A DNA stretch of 31,406 nt, the filler included, from Candidatus Woesearchaeota archaeon (GTDB lineage: Archaea; Nanobdellota; Nanobdellia; Woesearchaeales; WJIZ01): NCBI GenBank assembly GCA_018221205.1. It is 2 parts of 2 records of this genome, joined end to end, with 100 filler letters (N's around TTAATTAATTAA, not from the genome) between each part and the next. Parts side by side here need not be neighbours in the genome. Positions count along the whole stretch, not along the records: positions 1 to 17,008 come from JAAOYF010000025.1; positions 17,109 to 31,406 come from JAAOYF010000026.1. The stretch is one strand, 5' to 3'. The translations under genes were made by a program, and so were the position numbers. The notes beneath the pieces were generated by a model, which searched no databases, was not told the DNA's origin, and saw only the letters and a program-made list of their open reading frames with translations. Below are positions 10,068 to 19,379 of this stretch, one piece after another. How positions within the stretch are numbered: the first letter of the stretch is position 1; each line of letters opens with the position of its first letter.

Positions 10068-11417
10068 ATGAAAAGCAATGATGACCTCATCAAGAAACCT
10101 ATTCCAGAAATGCTCAAACGAATCGCTATTCCTGCCAGCATAGGCTTCTTTTTCATGACCATGTATAATGTCACTGATACTTTCTGGGCCGGCAGATGGA
10201 GCACTGAAGCTTTGGCTGCTCTTGCACTTAGTTTTCCTATCTTTTTCATCATCATTGCCATGGGCAATGGTGTGGGTACGGGATCAGCTGCCCTGATAAG
10301 TAATTCATTAGGAGCTGGAAAGAAAGAGAAAGCCAAGGAATACATGGGACAGGCTGCTTCTTTTGGATTCCTTCTCAGCATAGCCATTACCATTATAGGG
10401 TTAACGGTATCACCATTCCTGTTTAAGATTTTAGGAGCATCAAATGACTATCTGGGTGTTGCGCTTGAGTATATCAACATCATCTTTTATGGAAGCATCT
10501 TTTTCCTCCTCACTAATGTGATGAATTCTGGATTGATCGCTACGGGAGACACGACCAAATTGAGGAATTTTCAGATCATCGGCTTTTTTGTCAATCTAGC
10601 ATTGGATCCTATCTTCATGTTTGGATTGTTCGGCATGCCAAAACTGGGAATTGCGGGAATAGCCTTAGCTACTGTCCTCATCCAGGCTGTAGGTATGGTA
10701 TATATCACCTGGTCTGTGTTCAGGACTGGGTTATTATGCAAGAAAAGCCTGCATAATCTTATCCCTCGAAAACGCCCCTATAAGGAAATCGCTATGCAAG
10801 GATTTCCAGCCAGCTTGAATATGATGACCGTCGCTTTGGGCATCTTTGTCATCACCTATTTCATCTCATGGTTCGGCCAGGAAGCGGTCGCTGCTTATGG
10901 CATTGCCACGAGGATTGAGCAGATTGCGTTGCTGCCGACTATCGGCCTGAACATGGCTGCTTTATCTTTGGTTGGACAGAATAACGGTGCGAAAAAATAT
11001 GATCGTGTCTATGAGACGTGGAAAACTGGATTGAGATATGGTTTCATCATCCTTGCTTTTGGAGGCATATTAGTCTTCTTTTTCGCCAGACAACTTATGG
11101 GATTGTTCACCAAGGAAGAGGCTGTCATCGCGATCGGTGCTCAGTATTTGCCTATTGCAGCCCTCATCTTCTTTGCATATACTATCCTTTTCCTGACAAT
11201 AGCCACTTTACAGGGTCTGAAAAAGCCGATGTATGCTTTGTATATCGGTGCGTACAGGCAGATCTTCGGGCCTTTGGTCTTCTATTGGATACTGGCAAGC
11301 ATCTTCGGCATCAAGGGTGTATGGTGGGGGGTCTTTATCGTCACCTGGAGCGCAGCCTTGATCACATTGTGGTATGGAAGAAGGGTGATGAAGAAATTAC
11401 ACATCATATCTACTTGA
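10068..11417 (+). CDS. MATE family efflux transporter
   Basis: About 12 TM segments, YNVTDTFW, LDPIFMFG, GIAGIALATV, VAAYGIATRIE and GVWWG. Confidence 0.92.
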   Translation: MKSNDDLIKKPIPEMLKRIAIPASIGFFFMTMYNVTDTFWAGRWSTEALAALALSFPIFFIIIAMGNGVGTGSAALISNSLGAGKKEKAKEYMGQAASFGFLLSIAITIIGLTVSPFLFKILGASNDYLGVALEYINIIFYGSIFFLLTNVMNSGLIATGDTTKLRNFQIIGFFVNLALDPIFMFGLFGMPKLGIAGIALATVLIQAVGMVYITWSVFRTGLLCKKSLHNLIPRKRPYKEIAMQGFPASLNMMTVALGIFVITYFISWFGQEAVAAYGIATRIEQIALLPTIGLNMAALSLVGQNNGAKKYDRVYETWKTGLRYGFIILAFGGILVFFFARQLMGLFTKEEAVIAIGAQYLPIAALIFFAYTILFLTIATLQGLKKPMYALYIGAYRQIFGPLVFYWILASIFGIKGVWWGVFIVTWSAALITLWYGRRVMKKLHIIST

Positions 11418-11556
11418 AGACAAAGCCACAGCCTTTGCAGATATGTTTCTCTCTTTTCTCGTCAAATTCTGTGGTGACGCCATAGTCGATGATCACTTTG
11501 CATTGTGGACACTTAGGCTCGAGAAAATCCACTGAGTCAAAAATATTCAGTTCCAT
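11410..11556 (-). CDS. small zinc-ribbon protein (48 aa, two CxxC motifs)
   Basis: MELNIFDSVDFLEPKCPQCKVIIDYGVTTEFDEKREKHICKGCGFVFK, with a purine-rich AGGGG upstream and a TTTATAAA box further upstream. Confidence 0.75.
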   Translation of the reverse strand: MELNIFDSVDFLEPKCPQCKVIIDYGVTTEFDEKREKHICKGCGFVFK

Positions 11557-11690
11557 TACACGCCCCTTACTTTTTTTCTTGAAAACTATGTTTATAAAAG
11601 TTGCGAAAGAGGTGTTTTTGTTTTTTTGATCAAAGAGTAAAATCCAAAACATATTTAAAACACTTCCAAATTAACGAGCTAGGGGATAAC

Positions 11691-12995
11691 ATGAATGTTC
11701 TACTTATCGGAAATGGTGCACGAGAGCACGCCATAGCAAAGGCAATTGCCCGGAGCAAAACAAAACCAACACTTTTCTCTTATATGAAAGCCAAGAATCC
11801 TGGTATTGCTGAACTTTCTTCTGATGTGAAGATCGGAAGCTACACTGACCTTCCAGGCATTGTTGAGTATGCTAAGGCTCAGCAGGCTGATTTTGTTGTC
11901 ATCGGTCCTGAGGATCCGTTGAACAATGGTGTCGTTGATGTTCTTGAGAAAGAAGGCATACAATGTGTCGGTCCAAAGAAGGAATTAGCACAACTGGAAA
12001 CGTCTAAGTCGTTTACCAGAAATCTTATGAAGAAGTATGATATTGAGGGCTGTCCTGATTTCAAAGTGTTTACCCGCATTGAAGGGATAAAAGACTATAT
12101 GGATAGTCTGCCTGGTGTTGTGGTCAAGCCTGATGGATTGACTGGCGGCAAAGGTGTCAAAGTCCAAGGAGACCATTTCCAGACCATTGATGAAGCGCTT
12201 GATTATTGCAAGGAAGTGTTAGAGAAACATTCTTCTGTCATTGTTGAAGAGAAATTGGAAGGAGAGGAGTTTTCTTTACAGTGCTTTACTGATGGCAAGA
12301 CTGTTGTCGATAGTCCTCCTGCACAAGACCATAAACGAGCTTTTGTCGATGATAAAGGCCCGAATACTGGTGGGATGGGCTCTTACACTGATGCTGACCA
12401 TCTTTTGCCTTTTCTGAAGAAAGAACATGTAGAAAAAGCCCATGAGATAACCATTGCTGTTGCTGAAGCTATCAAGAGCGAGACGGGCGAGCAGTATAAA
12501 GGAGTGATGTATGGTGGCTGGATCATCACTCGAGATGGTGTGAAGCTTATCGAGTATAATGCTCGATTAGGGGATCCTGAAGCGATGAATGTCCTGCCGA
12601 TCATGACATCAGACTATGTTGAACTATGCCAGGCTATTGTTGATGGTACGCTGGAAAACTATCAGATTTCTTTCGATAAAAAAGCCACTGTCTGCAAATA
12701 TGCAGTTCCTGAAGGCTATCCTACAGATCCTGTCAGGGATGAGAAAGTCTCTCTGGGAGAAGTTTCGGATGCTGAAGTGTTCTATGCTTCTGTCGACCAG
12801 AAAGAGGATGGATTGTATATGTCTGGGAGCAGAGCTATTGCTTTTGTCGGTGTTGGCGCTAGTTTAGATGAGGCTGAGAAAAAAGCGCAGGCTGCGCTTA
12901 GTGCTGTCTCTGGAAAGGTATTCTTTAGGGAAGATATCGGCACTAAAAAGTTGATCCAAAAAAGAATCGATCATATGAAAGCTTTATTTGGGTAG
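11691..12995 (+). CDS. purD: phosphoribosylamine--glycine ligase
   Basis: GNGAREHA, IGPEDPL, LETSKSF, KPDGLTGGKGV, QDHKR, GPNTGGMG and EYNARLGDPE. Confidence 0.96.
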   Translation: MNVLLIGNGAREHAIAKAIARSKTKPTLFSYMKAKNPGIAELSSDVKIGSYTDLPGIVEYAKAQQADFVVIGPEDPLNNGVVDVLEKEGIQCVGPKKELAQLETSKSFTRNLMKKYDIEGCPDFKVFTRIEGIKDYMDSLPGVVVKPDGLTGGKGVKVQGDHFQTIDEALDYCKEVLEKHSSVIVEEKLEGEEFSLQCFTDGKTVVDSPPAQDHKRAFVDDKGPNTGGMGSYTDADHLLPFLKKEHVEKAHEITIAVAEAIKSETGEQYKGVMYGGWIITRDGVKLIEYNARLGDPEAMNVLPIMTSDYVELCQAIVDGTLENYQISFDKKATVCKYAVPEGYPTDPVRDEKVSLGEVSDAEVFYASVDQKEDGLYMSGSRAIAFVGVGASLDEAEKKAQAALSAVSGKVFFREDIGTKKLIQKRIDHMKALFG

Positions 12996-13697
12996 TTTCC
13001 ACGCAGGAATGTTCTTTTTCTCCAATATGGTATTGTCCTCAGCAGTGTGTCGGATCTTATCAAACGGATTTGTTACGGAACTCGAGATGCCCATGAGGTG
13101 GGCTGAGATCCTCTTGAGAAATCTGCACGCAAGTGCGCAGACAACTGCCTTTCGGGAATCTATTTTCTTATCGTTGATTATCCTGTCAATCATTATGTTG
13201 AGCTTCTCGCCTATATCATTCCTATGCAGATCGATAACTTTTTTGGCAGAATCCGGGTCATCCTGTTCGAATGCTTTGTTGGTGAGAGAGAACATCTCCT
13301 CAATCTGCTGAGAGGTCTTTATGAGCTGAGTGACATAACTCCCGCCTTCAAGCGGTTTTTTATTGAGATATGACAATTCGTAGATGTTCTTGCAGTAGTC
13401 GCCGACCCTTTCCAGATCCCTGCTTACCTCTAAAAGAAGCAATGATGCAGGAGTATCCTGCCGTGGGTTGATCGTAAGGTGCTCGATGATCTTCTTCCTG
13501 TTATCCATCTCTAATTGGTTTATAGTCTGGTCTTCCTTATAGATATCTATGGTGAGCTTTTTCCCTTCAAACAGGCCGGCAGTCGCCTCTTTGAACATCA
13601 GCGTGTCGTTCTTGAAGAGCAACCGTATATTATCAAGTGCCTGATTCAGAAGATTCTTCTTTTTCCAGACTTCCACTAATTCTTTGAATACCATCAT
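12984..13697 (-). CDS. PhoU-domain protein
   Basis: Two helical PhoU-like repeats (DQTINQLE...RDLERVGDY and FLKRISAH), directly downstream of a Na/Pi cotransporter. Confidence 0.85.
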   Translation of the reverse strand: MMVFKELVEVWKKKNLLNQALDNIRLLFKNDTLMFKEATAGLFEGKKLTIDIYKEDQTINQLEMDNRKKIIEHLTINPRQDTPASLLLLEVSRDLERVGDYCKNIYELSYLNKKPLEGGSYVTQLIKTSQQIEEMFSLTNKAFEQDDPDSAKKVIDLHRNDIGEKLNIMIDRIINDKKIDSRKAVVCALACRFLKRISAHLMGISSSVTNPFDKIRHTAEDNTILEKKNIPAWKLPK

Positions 13698-13726
13698 CAA
13701 TCACTTGTGTTTTGATGTTTAAATAG

Positions 13727-14812
13727 TTATTGTCTCACGAGCAGTATCGTCAAGGGTATGATATATGCTAAATAATAGCAGGCAAAAAAAGCAATGGATC
13801 GCTTCTTTGATACTGCTGTTATCTTTGCAAACCACTCTGCGAGCTTGATGGGGATATTCTTGAGCGGATAAAAGATAAGTATGCCGAATATATTAAAGAC
13901 TAAATGGGAAAAGGCCACTGTTATGGCAACGACGTTCAATGTCGCGAACGCTGCCAGCATCGATGTTATGGTCGTGCCGATGTTTGATCCCAGCATATAG
14001 GGGAAGACTTTTCTTACTGTCAGCAGTCCTGCTCCGACAAGCGGGATAACAACAGATGTCGTCACTGAGGAGCTCTGGACAATCGCTGTAAGGATCGTCC
14101 CAAAGATGAACGCTGAGTAATCATCCTTGAACAGGAAGGTATCGAAAAATTTCCCTATTTTAGGGATGACAGCCACTTTCATGATCTTGACCATATAGAT
14201 GAGTGAGAAAAAGAGGAGGAACAACGAAAGGATCGTCAGTATGATCGGATGAGAAATGCCTTCTGATATGATGTGGACAATAGGATTGGTTATCAATTTC
14301 AAGGGAGAGGCTACAGCGATGCAGCTGGGACAGGTAAAGATTGTGCCGAGCCAGATGGCTACCTTCTCTATGGGATGGAAGAGCATCTCAAGGGGGAAGA
14401 GGACCACTACTGCCAATACATTGAAGAAATCATGGACTGTCGCAGCGGCAAATGCTTTTTCAAATTCATGTTTCCGGCTTACATGGGCCATCGAGACCAG
14501 TGTATTGGTTACGGTCGTGCCGATGTTCGCGCCCATCACAATGGGAATGGCTATAGGAAGAGTGAGGGCGTCTCCAGCGACCAGCCCTACGACAATAGAA
14601 GTGGTAGTAGATGAGCTCTGGATAAGAGAAGTCGCTGCTATGCCGATGAATAGGCCAACCAATGGGTTAGATGTTGTCTTGATCAGCTGCTCAGCAAAAC
14701 CTGTGCCGAACATCTTAAATGAAGCCCCTAAAAGCTGTATCGAGACCAGGAATATGTACAGGACAACGATGAAATATACAATCTTGAAGATTGTCTTTTT
14801 CTTGACCTCCAT
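13727..14812 (-). CDS. Na+/phosphate cotransporter (NptA/SLC34-like)
   Basis: Duplicated QSSS motifs (LIQSSSTTTS and IVQSSSVTTS), GANIGTT/GSNIGTT and ATVHDFFN. Confidence 0.92.
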   Translation of the reverse strand: MEVKKKTIFKIVYFIVVLYIFLVSIQLLGASFKMFGTGFAEQLIKTTSNPLVGLFIGIAATSLIQSSSTTTSIVVGLVAGDALTLPIAIPIVMGANIGTTVTNTLVSMAHVSRKHEFEKAFAAATVHDFFNVLAVVVLFPLEMLFHPIEKVAIWLGTIFTCPSCIAVASPLKLITNPIVHIISEGISHPIILTILSLFLLFFSLIYMVKIMKVAVIPKIGKFFDTFLFKDDYSAFIFGTILTAIVQSSSVTTSVVIPLVGAGLLTVRKVFPYMLGSNIGTTITSMLAAFATLNVVAITVAFSHLVFNIFGILIFYPLKNIPIKLAEWFAKITAVSKKRSIAFFACYYLAYIIPLTILLVRQ

Positions 14813-14889
14813 TTTGTCTTCACTGTTAGATGGTTATATATAAAGATTATGAAGAAAAAGTATATATACCGGCAGGGTTTGATTTTCTT

Positions 14890-15411
14890 ATGAAAGATGA
14901 ATTGAGAAAAAAATTTCTTGAGCTACGTTCAACTCTCTCACCTGAAGAAGCGAAGAGAAAATCTAGCGCTATCATCAAGAGATTACAGGAAGATCCTGAT
15001 TTTCAGAAAGCAAAAAAAGTCATGTTCTTTGTCTCTTATAACAATGAAGTATATACCCATGATATCATCAAAGAGACCTTGAAGGAGAAAGAGGTCTTTG
15101 TGCCGAAGATGAAAGCCGGCATAAAATGCTGCATCTTACGGGCTTTCGATGATATGGAATTATCGTCTGTCGGCATATTAGAGCCGCCTGTCTGCGAAGC
15201 TTTGGATATAGCTGATATGGATGTCATCATTGTTCCGGGCGTTGTTTTTGATAGAAAAGGGCACAGGATCGGATTCGGCAAAGGTTTCTATGACGAGCTT
15301 TTACGAGGCTTTGCAGGCAAGAAGATAGGATTGGCCTATGATTTCCAGATCATCGATGAGATCCCAAAAGATGACTGGGATGTGCAGCTGGATAAGGTTA
15401 TTTCTGATTAG
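14890..15411 (+). CDS. 5-formyltetrahydrofolate cyclo-ligase
   Basis: MKDELRKK, GILEP, VPGVVFDRKGHRIGFGKGFYD and C-terminal DVQLD. Confidence 0.92.
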   Translation: MKDELRKKFLELRSTLSPEEAKRKSSAIIKRLQEDPDFQKAKKVMFFVSYNNEVYTHDIIKETLKEKEVFVPKMKAGIKCCILRAFDDMELSSVGILEPPVCEALDIADMDVIIVPGVVFDRKGHRIGFGKGFYDELLRGFAGKKIGLAYDFQIIDEIPKDDWDVQLDKVISD

Positions 15412-15457
15412 GAAAAGTATTTAAATTGGCTTTAGTTCATTTTTGACGGTGAGGGGA

Positions 15458-16786
15458 ATGAATTTAATGAACGATATCAACACATCTGATCCAGAGATAG
15501 CTGGATTGATCAAGAAAGAATTGCAGAGAGAAGAGCAGGGTGTTGAGCTGATCCCCTCTGAGAACAATGTTACTAAAGCTGTCCTGCAGGCTATGGGCAG
15601 TATCTTTACCAATAAGTATTCTGAAGGGTATCCCCGCAAACGATATTACGGCGGCCAGGAATTCGTGGATCCTATGGAAGAGATCGCGATCGATCGAGCC
15701 AAGAAATTATTCGGTGCTGAGCATGTAAATGTACAGCCATATTCAGGCAGTCCTGCCAACCAAGCAGTGTTCTTTGCTTTATTGAATCTCAAAGACAAGT
15801 TTCTTGGTTTTGATCTTACTTCTGGCGGGCATCTGACGCATGGCAGTCCTGTGAATTTTTCAGGAAAGAACTATACCTGCGTCCCTTATGATGTCGATAA
15901 AGAGACTGAACTATTGGATATGGATATCATCAAGAAGCTTGCTATCAAGGAAAAGCCTAAGATGATCATCTCTGGATTGACTGCATATCCCAGAAAGATT
16001 GATTTCAAGGCATTTCAAGAGATATGCGAGGAAGTCGATGCCTATCATCTGGCTGATATCTCCCATATCTCTGGATTGATCGCTGGTGGTGCACATGCAA
16101 GCCCTTTTCCTTTCACTGATGTCGTGACCACCACCACCCATAAATCTTTACGTGGACCACGTGGTGCGATGATTCTCTGTAAAGAAGAAGATAGACTGCA
16201 TGAAAAATATCATTCTGATAAGAAAACAAAAGATGGCTCGGCGAAAAAACTTTCTCAGCTTATTGACGCTGCTGTCTTTCCTGGACTGCAAGGAGGACCG
16301 CATGATCATACGAATGCCGCTAAAGCAGTCGCGTTCAAAGAAGCGTTGCAGCCTGATTTTAAGGATTATGCTCAACAGATTGTGAAGAATGCAAAAGCCA
16401 TGGCTGACGATCTTATGGGCCAAGGCATTAGATTGGTTACGGGAGGTACTGATAATCACCTTATCTTGATTGATCTTCAGCCTAATGGACTGATGGGTAA
16501 GGGAAAATTAGTACAGAATGCTCTTGATGAAGCAGGCATCACGGTGAATAAGAACACTGTGCCTTATGAACCCAGCTCTCCTTTTAATCCATCTGGAGTC
16601 AGATTAGGGACTCCTGCTGTCACGACACGAGGAATGAAAGAATCTGAGATGAAAGTCATTGCCAGCGGCATCGCAAAAGTGATCAAGTCTCCAGAAGACA
16701 AACTGGTCATTGCAGGAGTGAAGAAGGATATTCTTGCGCTGACCAAAGAATTTCCACTCTATCCAGGATTTGATATTCTGAAATAG
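15458..16786 (+). CDS. glyA: serine hydroxymethyltransferase (bacterial-type sequence)
   Basis: LIPSEN, NKYSEGYP..RYYGG, GGHLTHG, PLP-lysine motif TTTHKSLRGPRG, FPGLQGGP and SGVRLGTPA. GGTGAGG RBS before ATG 15458. Confidence 0.97.
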   Translation: MNLMNDINTSDPEIAGLIKKELQREEQGVELIPSENNVTKAVLQAMGSIFTNKYSEGYPRKRYYGGQEFVDPMEEIAIDRAKKLFGAEHVNVQPYSGSPANQAVFFALLNLKDKFLGFDLTSGGHLTHGSPVNFSGKNYTCVPYDVDKETELLDMDIIKKLAIKEKPKMIISGLTAYPRKIDFKAFQEICEEVDAYHLADISHISGLIAGGAHASPFPFTDVVTTTTHKSLRGPRGAMILCKEEDRLHEKYHSDKKTKDGSAKKLSQLIDAAVFPGLQGGPHDHTNAAKAVAFKEALQPDFKDYAQQIVKNAKAMADDLMGQGIRLVTGGTDNHLILIDLQPNGLMGKGKLVQNALDEAGITVNKNTVPYEPSSPFNPSGVRLGTPAVTTRGMKESEMKVIASGIAKVIKSPEDKLVIAGVKKDILALTKEFPLYPGFDILK

Positions 16787-16948
16787 ATATATTCTATTAT
16801 CTTTATTTTTATAAATCAAATGGGCTTTCATGATAAAATGACACACATCAAAGCTTCTAGCGGAACTTTTACCCTACAATCACCGGGTACCCATAGAATC
16901 AGGTATGGTCCAGGAAAGTCAATATCAATACTTGGACCTAATTTTAAT

Positions 16949-16994
16949 GCGAGCGTAGCGAGCACAGGGGTTTAATTCCCCGACCTTTAGGTCG
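16949..16994. repeat. GC-rich palindromic element at the contig end (REP-like or IS200/IS605-end-like)
   Basis: GCGAGCGTAGCGAGC followed by GGGGTTTAATTCCCC and the hairpin CGACC-TTTA-GGTCG, about 15 bp from the assembly break. Confidence 0.5.
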
Positions 16995-17008
16995 ACTTCT
17001 TAGAAATA

Positions 17009-17108
17009 NNNNNNNNNNNNNNNNNNNNNNNNNNNNNNNNNNNNNNNNNNNNTTAATTAATTAANNNNNNNNNNNNNNNNNNNNNNNNNNNNNNNNNNNN
17101 NNNNNNNN
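17009..17108. other. artificial contig-joining spacer (N runs around TTAATTAATTAA)
   Basis: 44 N, then TTAATTAATTAA (stop codons in all six frames), then 44 N. Confidence 0.97.
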
Positions 17109-17254
17109 ACAACTAAAGTTCCGGAGAACTTGCCGCCTTGGATAAATGGCGCTGGGTACTCGTTGAGTCCCGCTGCTGTTGCTCCGAGTAGAGTGGCTCC
17201 CAACATGGAAGCGCCCATCCCCAGGGCAACTATTTTTTTTATTGTTTTTTTCAT
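17109..17254 (-). CDS. probable S-layer protein, N-terminal fragment truncated by the contig end
   Basis: Signal peptide MKKTIKKIVALGMGASMLGATLLGATAA then LNEYPAPFIQGGKFSGTLV, resembling Methanococcales/DPANN S-layer N-termini. GAGGTG RBS. Confidence 0.75.
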
Positions 17255-17282
17255 TCATACACCTCTTGTGTGGATGTTATTT

Positions 17283-17344
17283 GAGTAGTCGGTATTGTAC
17301 CAATACCGCTCATTATACTCTCTTCCTTATATGTAGTTTATAAG
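17283..17344 (-). promoter_or_regulatory. S-layer gene promoter (TATA box) and 5'-UTR hairpin
   Basis: CTTATAAA on the minus strand at 17337-17344, and a perfect 8-bp stem CGGTATTG/CAATACCG at 17290-17308. Confidence 0.55.
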
Positions 17345-17527
17345 TATGCTTGTCAATAAACCCTTTATACCATACCTGATACTTTATATCCTAAGAATTT
17401 CCATGAATTAAGCTTTATAAAGCTTAATTGTGTCAAGAACAACAGTCAGATATTGACCAGTGGTTCTTGATTCATGATCAGGAATACTTCCCCTAGCCAA
17501 GAGAGGATAGGAAGTATTCCTGACATA

Positions 17528-18367
17528 TCACCTCAAAACAGAGTAAAAAGCATCAAATATGGACATATCAGTGCTTATCTGGAAGAAATCCATACCAAGG
17601 ACCTCTGCTTCATGCTTGAGGGTGGTAAAATGGCTGTCCATCCTCTGTGTGTAATCGCTCCTTGATTTAAGGGAAAAGTACACTCTTAGGTTCTCCTTTG
17701 ACTCCGCATCCTGAAGCTTGAAGTCTCCTTCCATCTCAGGCCGCTTCTCCATAGCATCCAGCACCTGGATAAGCCTTACCTCATGCCCGCTGAAATAATA
17801 GAGAGCTTCTCTGATCTCTTCAATAGGCATCAAAAAATCAGAGATTATGATGATTAAAGCCCTAGATCCTATGAATCTCTTATATTTCTGGGCTATATCC
17901 AGTATCCTGGTCTTACCTTCCTGTTTGATCTTATTGAGATAGTCTATCATAGAGACGAGCTGGCTCATGCCCCTCTTTGGCTGGTAGACCTCCAGATCCT
18001 CAGCAAAGGTGGAAAACTGGAATTTATCGTTGTTTTTCAGGGCCAGATAGGCAAAGCCCACTCCCAGCATGCTTGCATAATCAAACTTCTTTCCGAATCC
18101 CATAGAAGCAGATTTGTCCACAATGATATGCGCCACAAGGTTCTTCTCTTCCTCATAGTTCTTGATCATAAGATTATCGGTCCGGGCAAACACTCTCCAG
18201 TCTATGCCTCTGAAATCATCCCCTGGCGCATAGATCCTATGATCCTTGAAGATGATGCCCCTTCCCTGAGCAATAGATCTTCTTGGCCCAGAATAGCTGG
18301 AGGTAACCCTCTTACGGACAATAAGATTGAATCTGTTCAATCCTTCTAAAAACGTGGTGTCTATCAT
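17528..18367 (-). CDS. DUF58 family protein (MoxR-associated, vWA-like)
   Basis: GRGIIFKDHRIYAPGDDFRGIDWRVFART, DKSASM and IIISDF. Confidence 0.92.
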   Translation of the reverse strand: MIDTTFLEGLNRFNLIVRKRVTSSYSGPRRSIAQGRGIIFKDHRIYAPGDDFRGIDWRVFARTDNLMIKNYEEEKNLVAHIIVDKSASMGFGKKFDYASMLGVGFAYLALKNNDKFQFSTFAEDLEVYQPKRGMSQLVSMIDYLNKIKQEGKTRILDIAQKYKRFIGSRALIIIISDFLMPIEEIREALYYFSGHEVRLIQVLDAMEKRPEMEGDFKLQDAESKENLRVYFSLKSRSDYTQRMDSHFTTLKHEAEVLGMDFFQISTDMSIFDAFYSVLR

Positions 18368-18434
18368 TTTAGTTCGTGGGGCTTGCGAAGCAATGCCCTA
18401 CCCTTTCACTTTTGAAAAAGCCCTCATATATGCA

Positions 18435-19370
18435 TCAACGCACCTTCTTCATGATCTCTTTGATTGCATCATCTGGTGTCATTCCTTTCCTCTCTGCCTC
18501 GAAATTAAGGATGATCCTATGTCTGAGAACAGGATAGGCCATGGTCTCTATATCCTTGGTATTGACGTGTGTCCTGCCATCCAGGAGTGCTGATGCTTTA
18601 GCTGCCAGCACCAGACCGATAGAGGCCCTTGGAGAGGCTCCAAAAAGGATCAATTCCTTATTCTTCCTTGTCGCCTGCACAATAGACACTGCTTTCTTCC
18701 TTAAATCGTTCGCGATAGGCATCTGCTTCGACAGGTTCTGCAGAGAGAGTATATGTGTCTTATTGAGCATCGGCTTCAGCTTAGCGACCTTCTTGCTCTC
18801 TGTGTAGATATTGACGATCTTCAGCTCATCTTCATAATTTGGATAGTCCACCATGATCTTGAGCAAAAATCTATCCTGCTGTGCTTCTGGTAATGGATAT
18901 GTCCCCTCCTGTTCGATAGGGTTCTGAGTTGCGAGGACAAAGAACGGCATATCCAGCTGGAAAGTAGAGTTTCCTACACTCACCTGCTTCTCCTGCATCG
19001 CCTCAAGCAGAGCAGACTGTGTTTTAGGGGTTGCCCTATTGATCTCATCAGCCAGCAGGATGTTTGTGAACACAGGTCCTTGCTGGAACTTGAAGTCCCT
19101 CTTGCCCCCCTTCTCCTCGATGATATACGTTCCCGTGATATCCGAGGGCATCAGATCAGGAGTGCTCTGGATCCTATTGAACTTAAGGTCCATGAGCTCT
19201 GCCAGGGTCTTCACCGCCAGGGTCTTGGCCAGTCCTGGAAAACCCTCAAGCAATGCATTAGCATCGCTGAGTATGCAGATCATGATCTGCCTCAGTATCT
19301 CATCTTGACCGATGACTACTTTGTTGATCTCTTTAAACAGGCTATCGAATGCATTTTTATAATTCCTCAT
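18435..19370 (-). CDS. moxR: MoxR family AAA+ ATPase
   Basis: LLEGFPGLAKT, RIQSTPDLMPSDITG, LLADEINRATPKTQSALLEAMQE, ATQNPIEQEGTYPLPEAQQDRF and GASPRA. Confidence 0.96.
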   Translation of the reverse strand: MRNYKNAFDSLFKEINKVVIGQDEILRQIMICILSDANALLEGFPGLAKTLAVKTLAELMDLKFNRIQSTPDLMPSDITGTYIIEEKGGKRDFKFQQGPVFTNILLADEINRATPKTQSALLEAMQEKQVSVGNSTFQLDMPFFVLATQNPIEQEGTYPLPEAQQDRFLLKIMVDYPNYEDELKIVNIYTESKKVAKLKPMLNKTHILSLQNLSKQMPIANDLRKKAVSIVQATRKNKELILFGASPRASIGLVLAAKASALLDGRTHVNTKDIETMAYPVLRHRIILNFEAERKGMTPDDAIKEIMKKVR

Positions 19371-19379
19371 TTTGGCACC

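Noticed and set aside
16838..16975. Short plus-strand ORF MTHIKASSGTF... after glyA
   Set aside because: It has no recognisable motif or RBS, and it runs into the palindromic element.
18398..18439. Possible duplicated MoxR C-terminus (VDAYMRAFSKVKG* versus DDAIKEIMKKVR*)
   Set aside because: Similarity is too weak (DA and KV only) to distinguish from chance.
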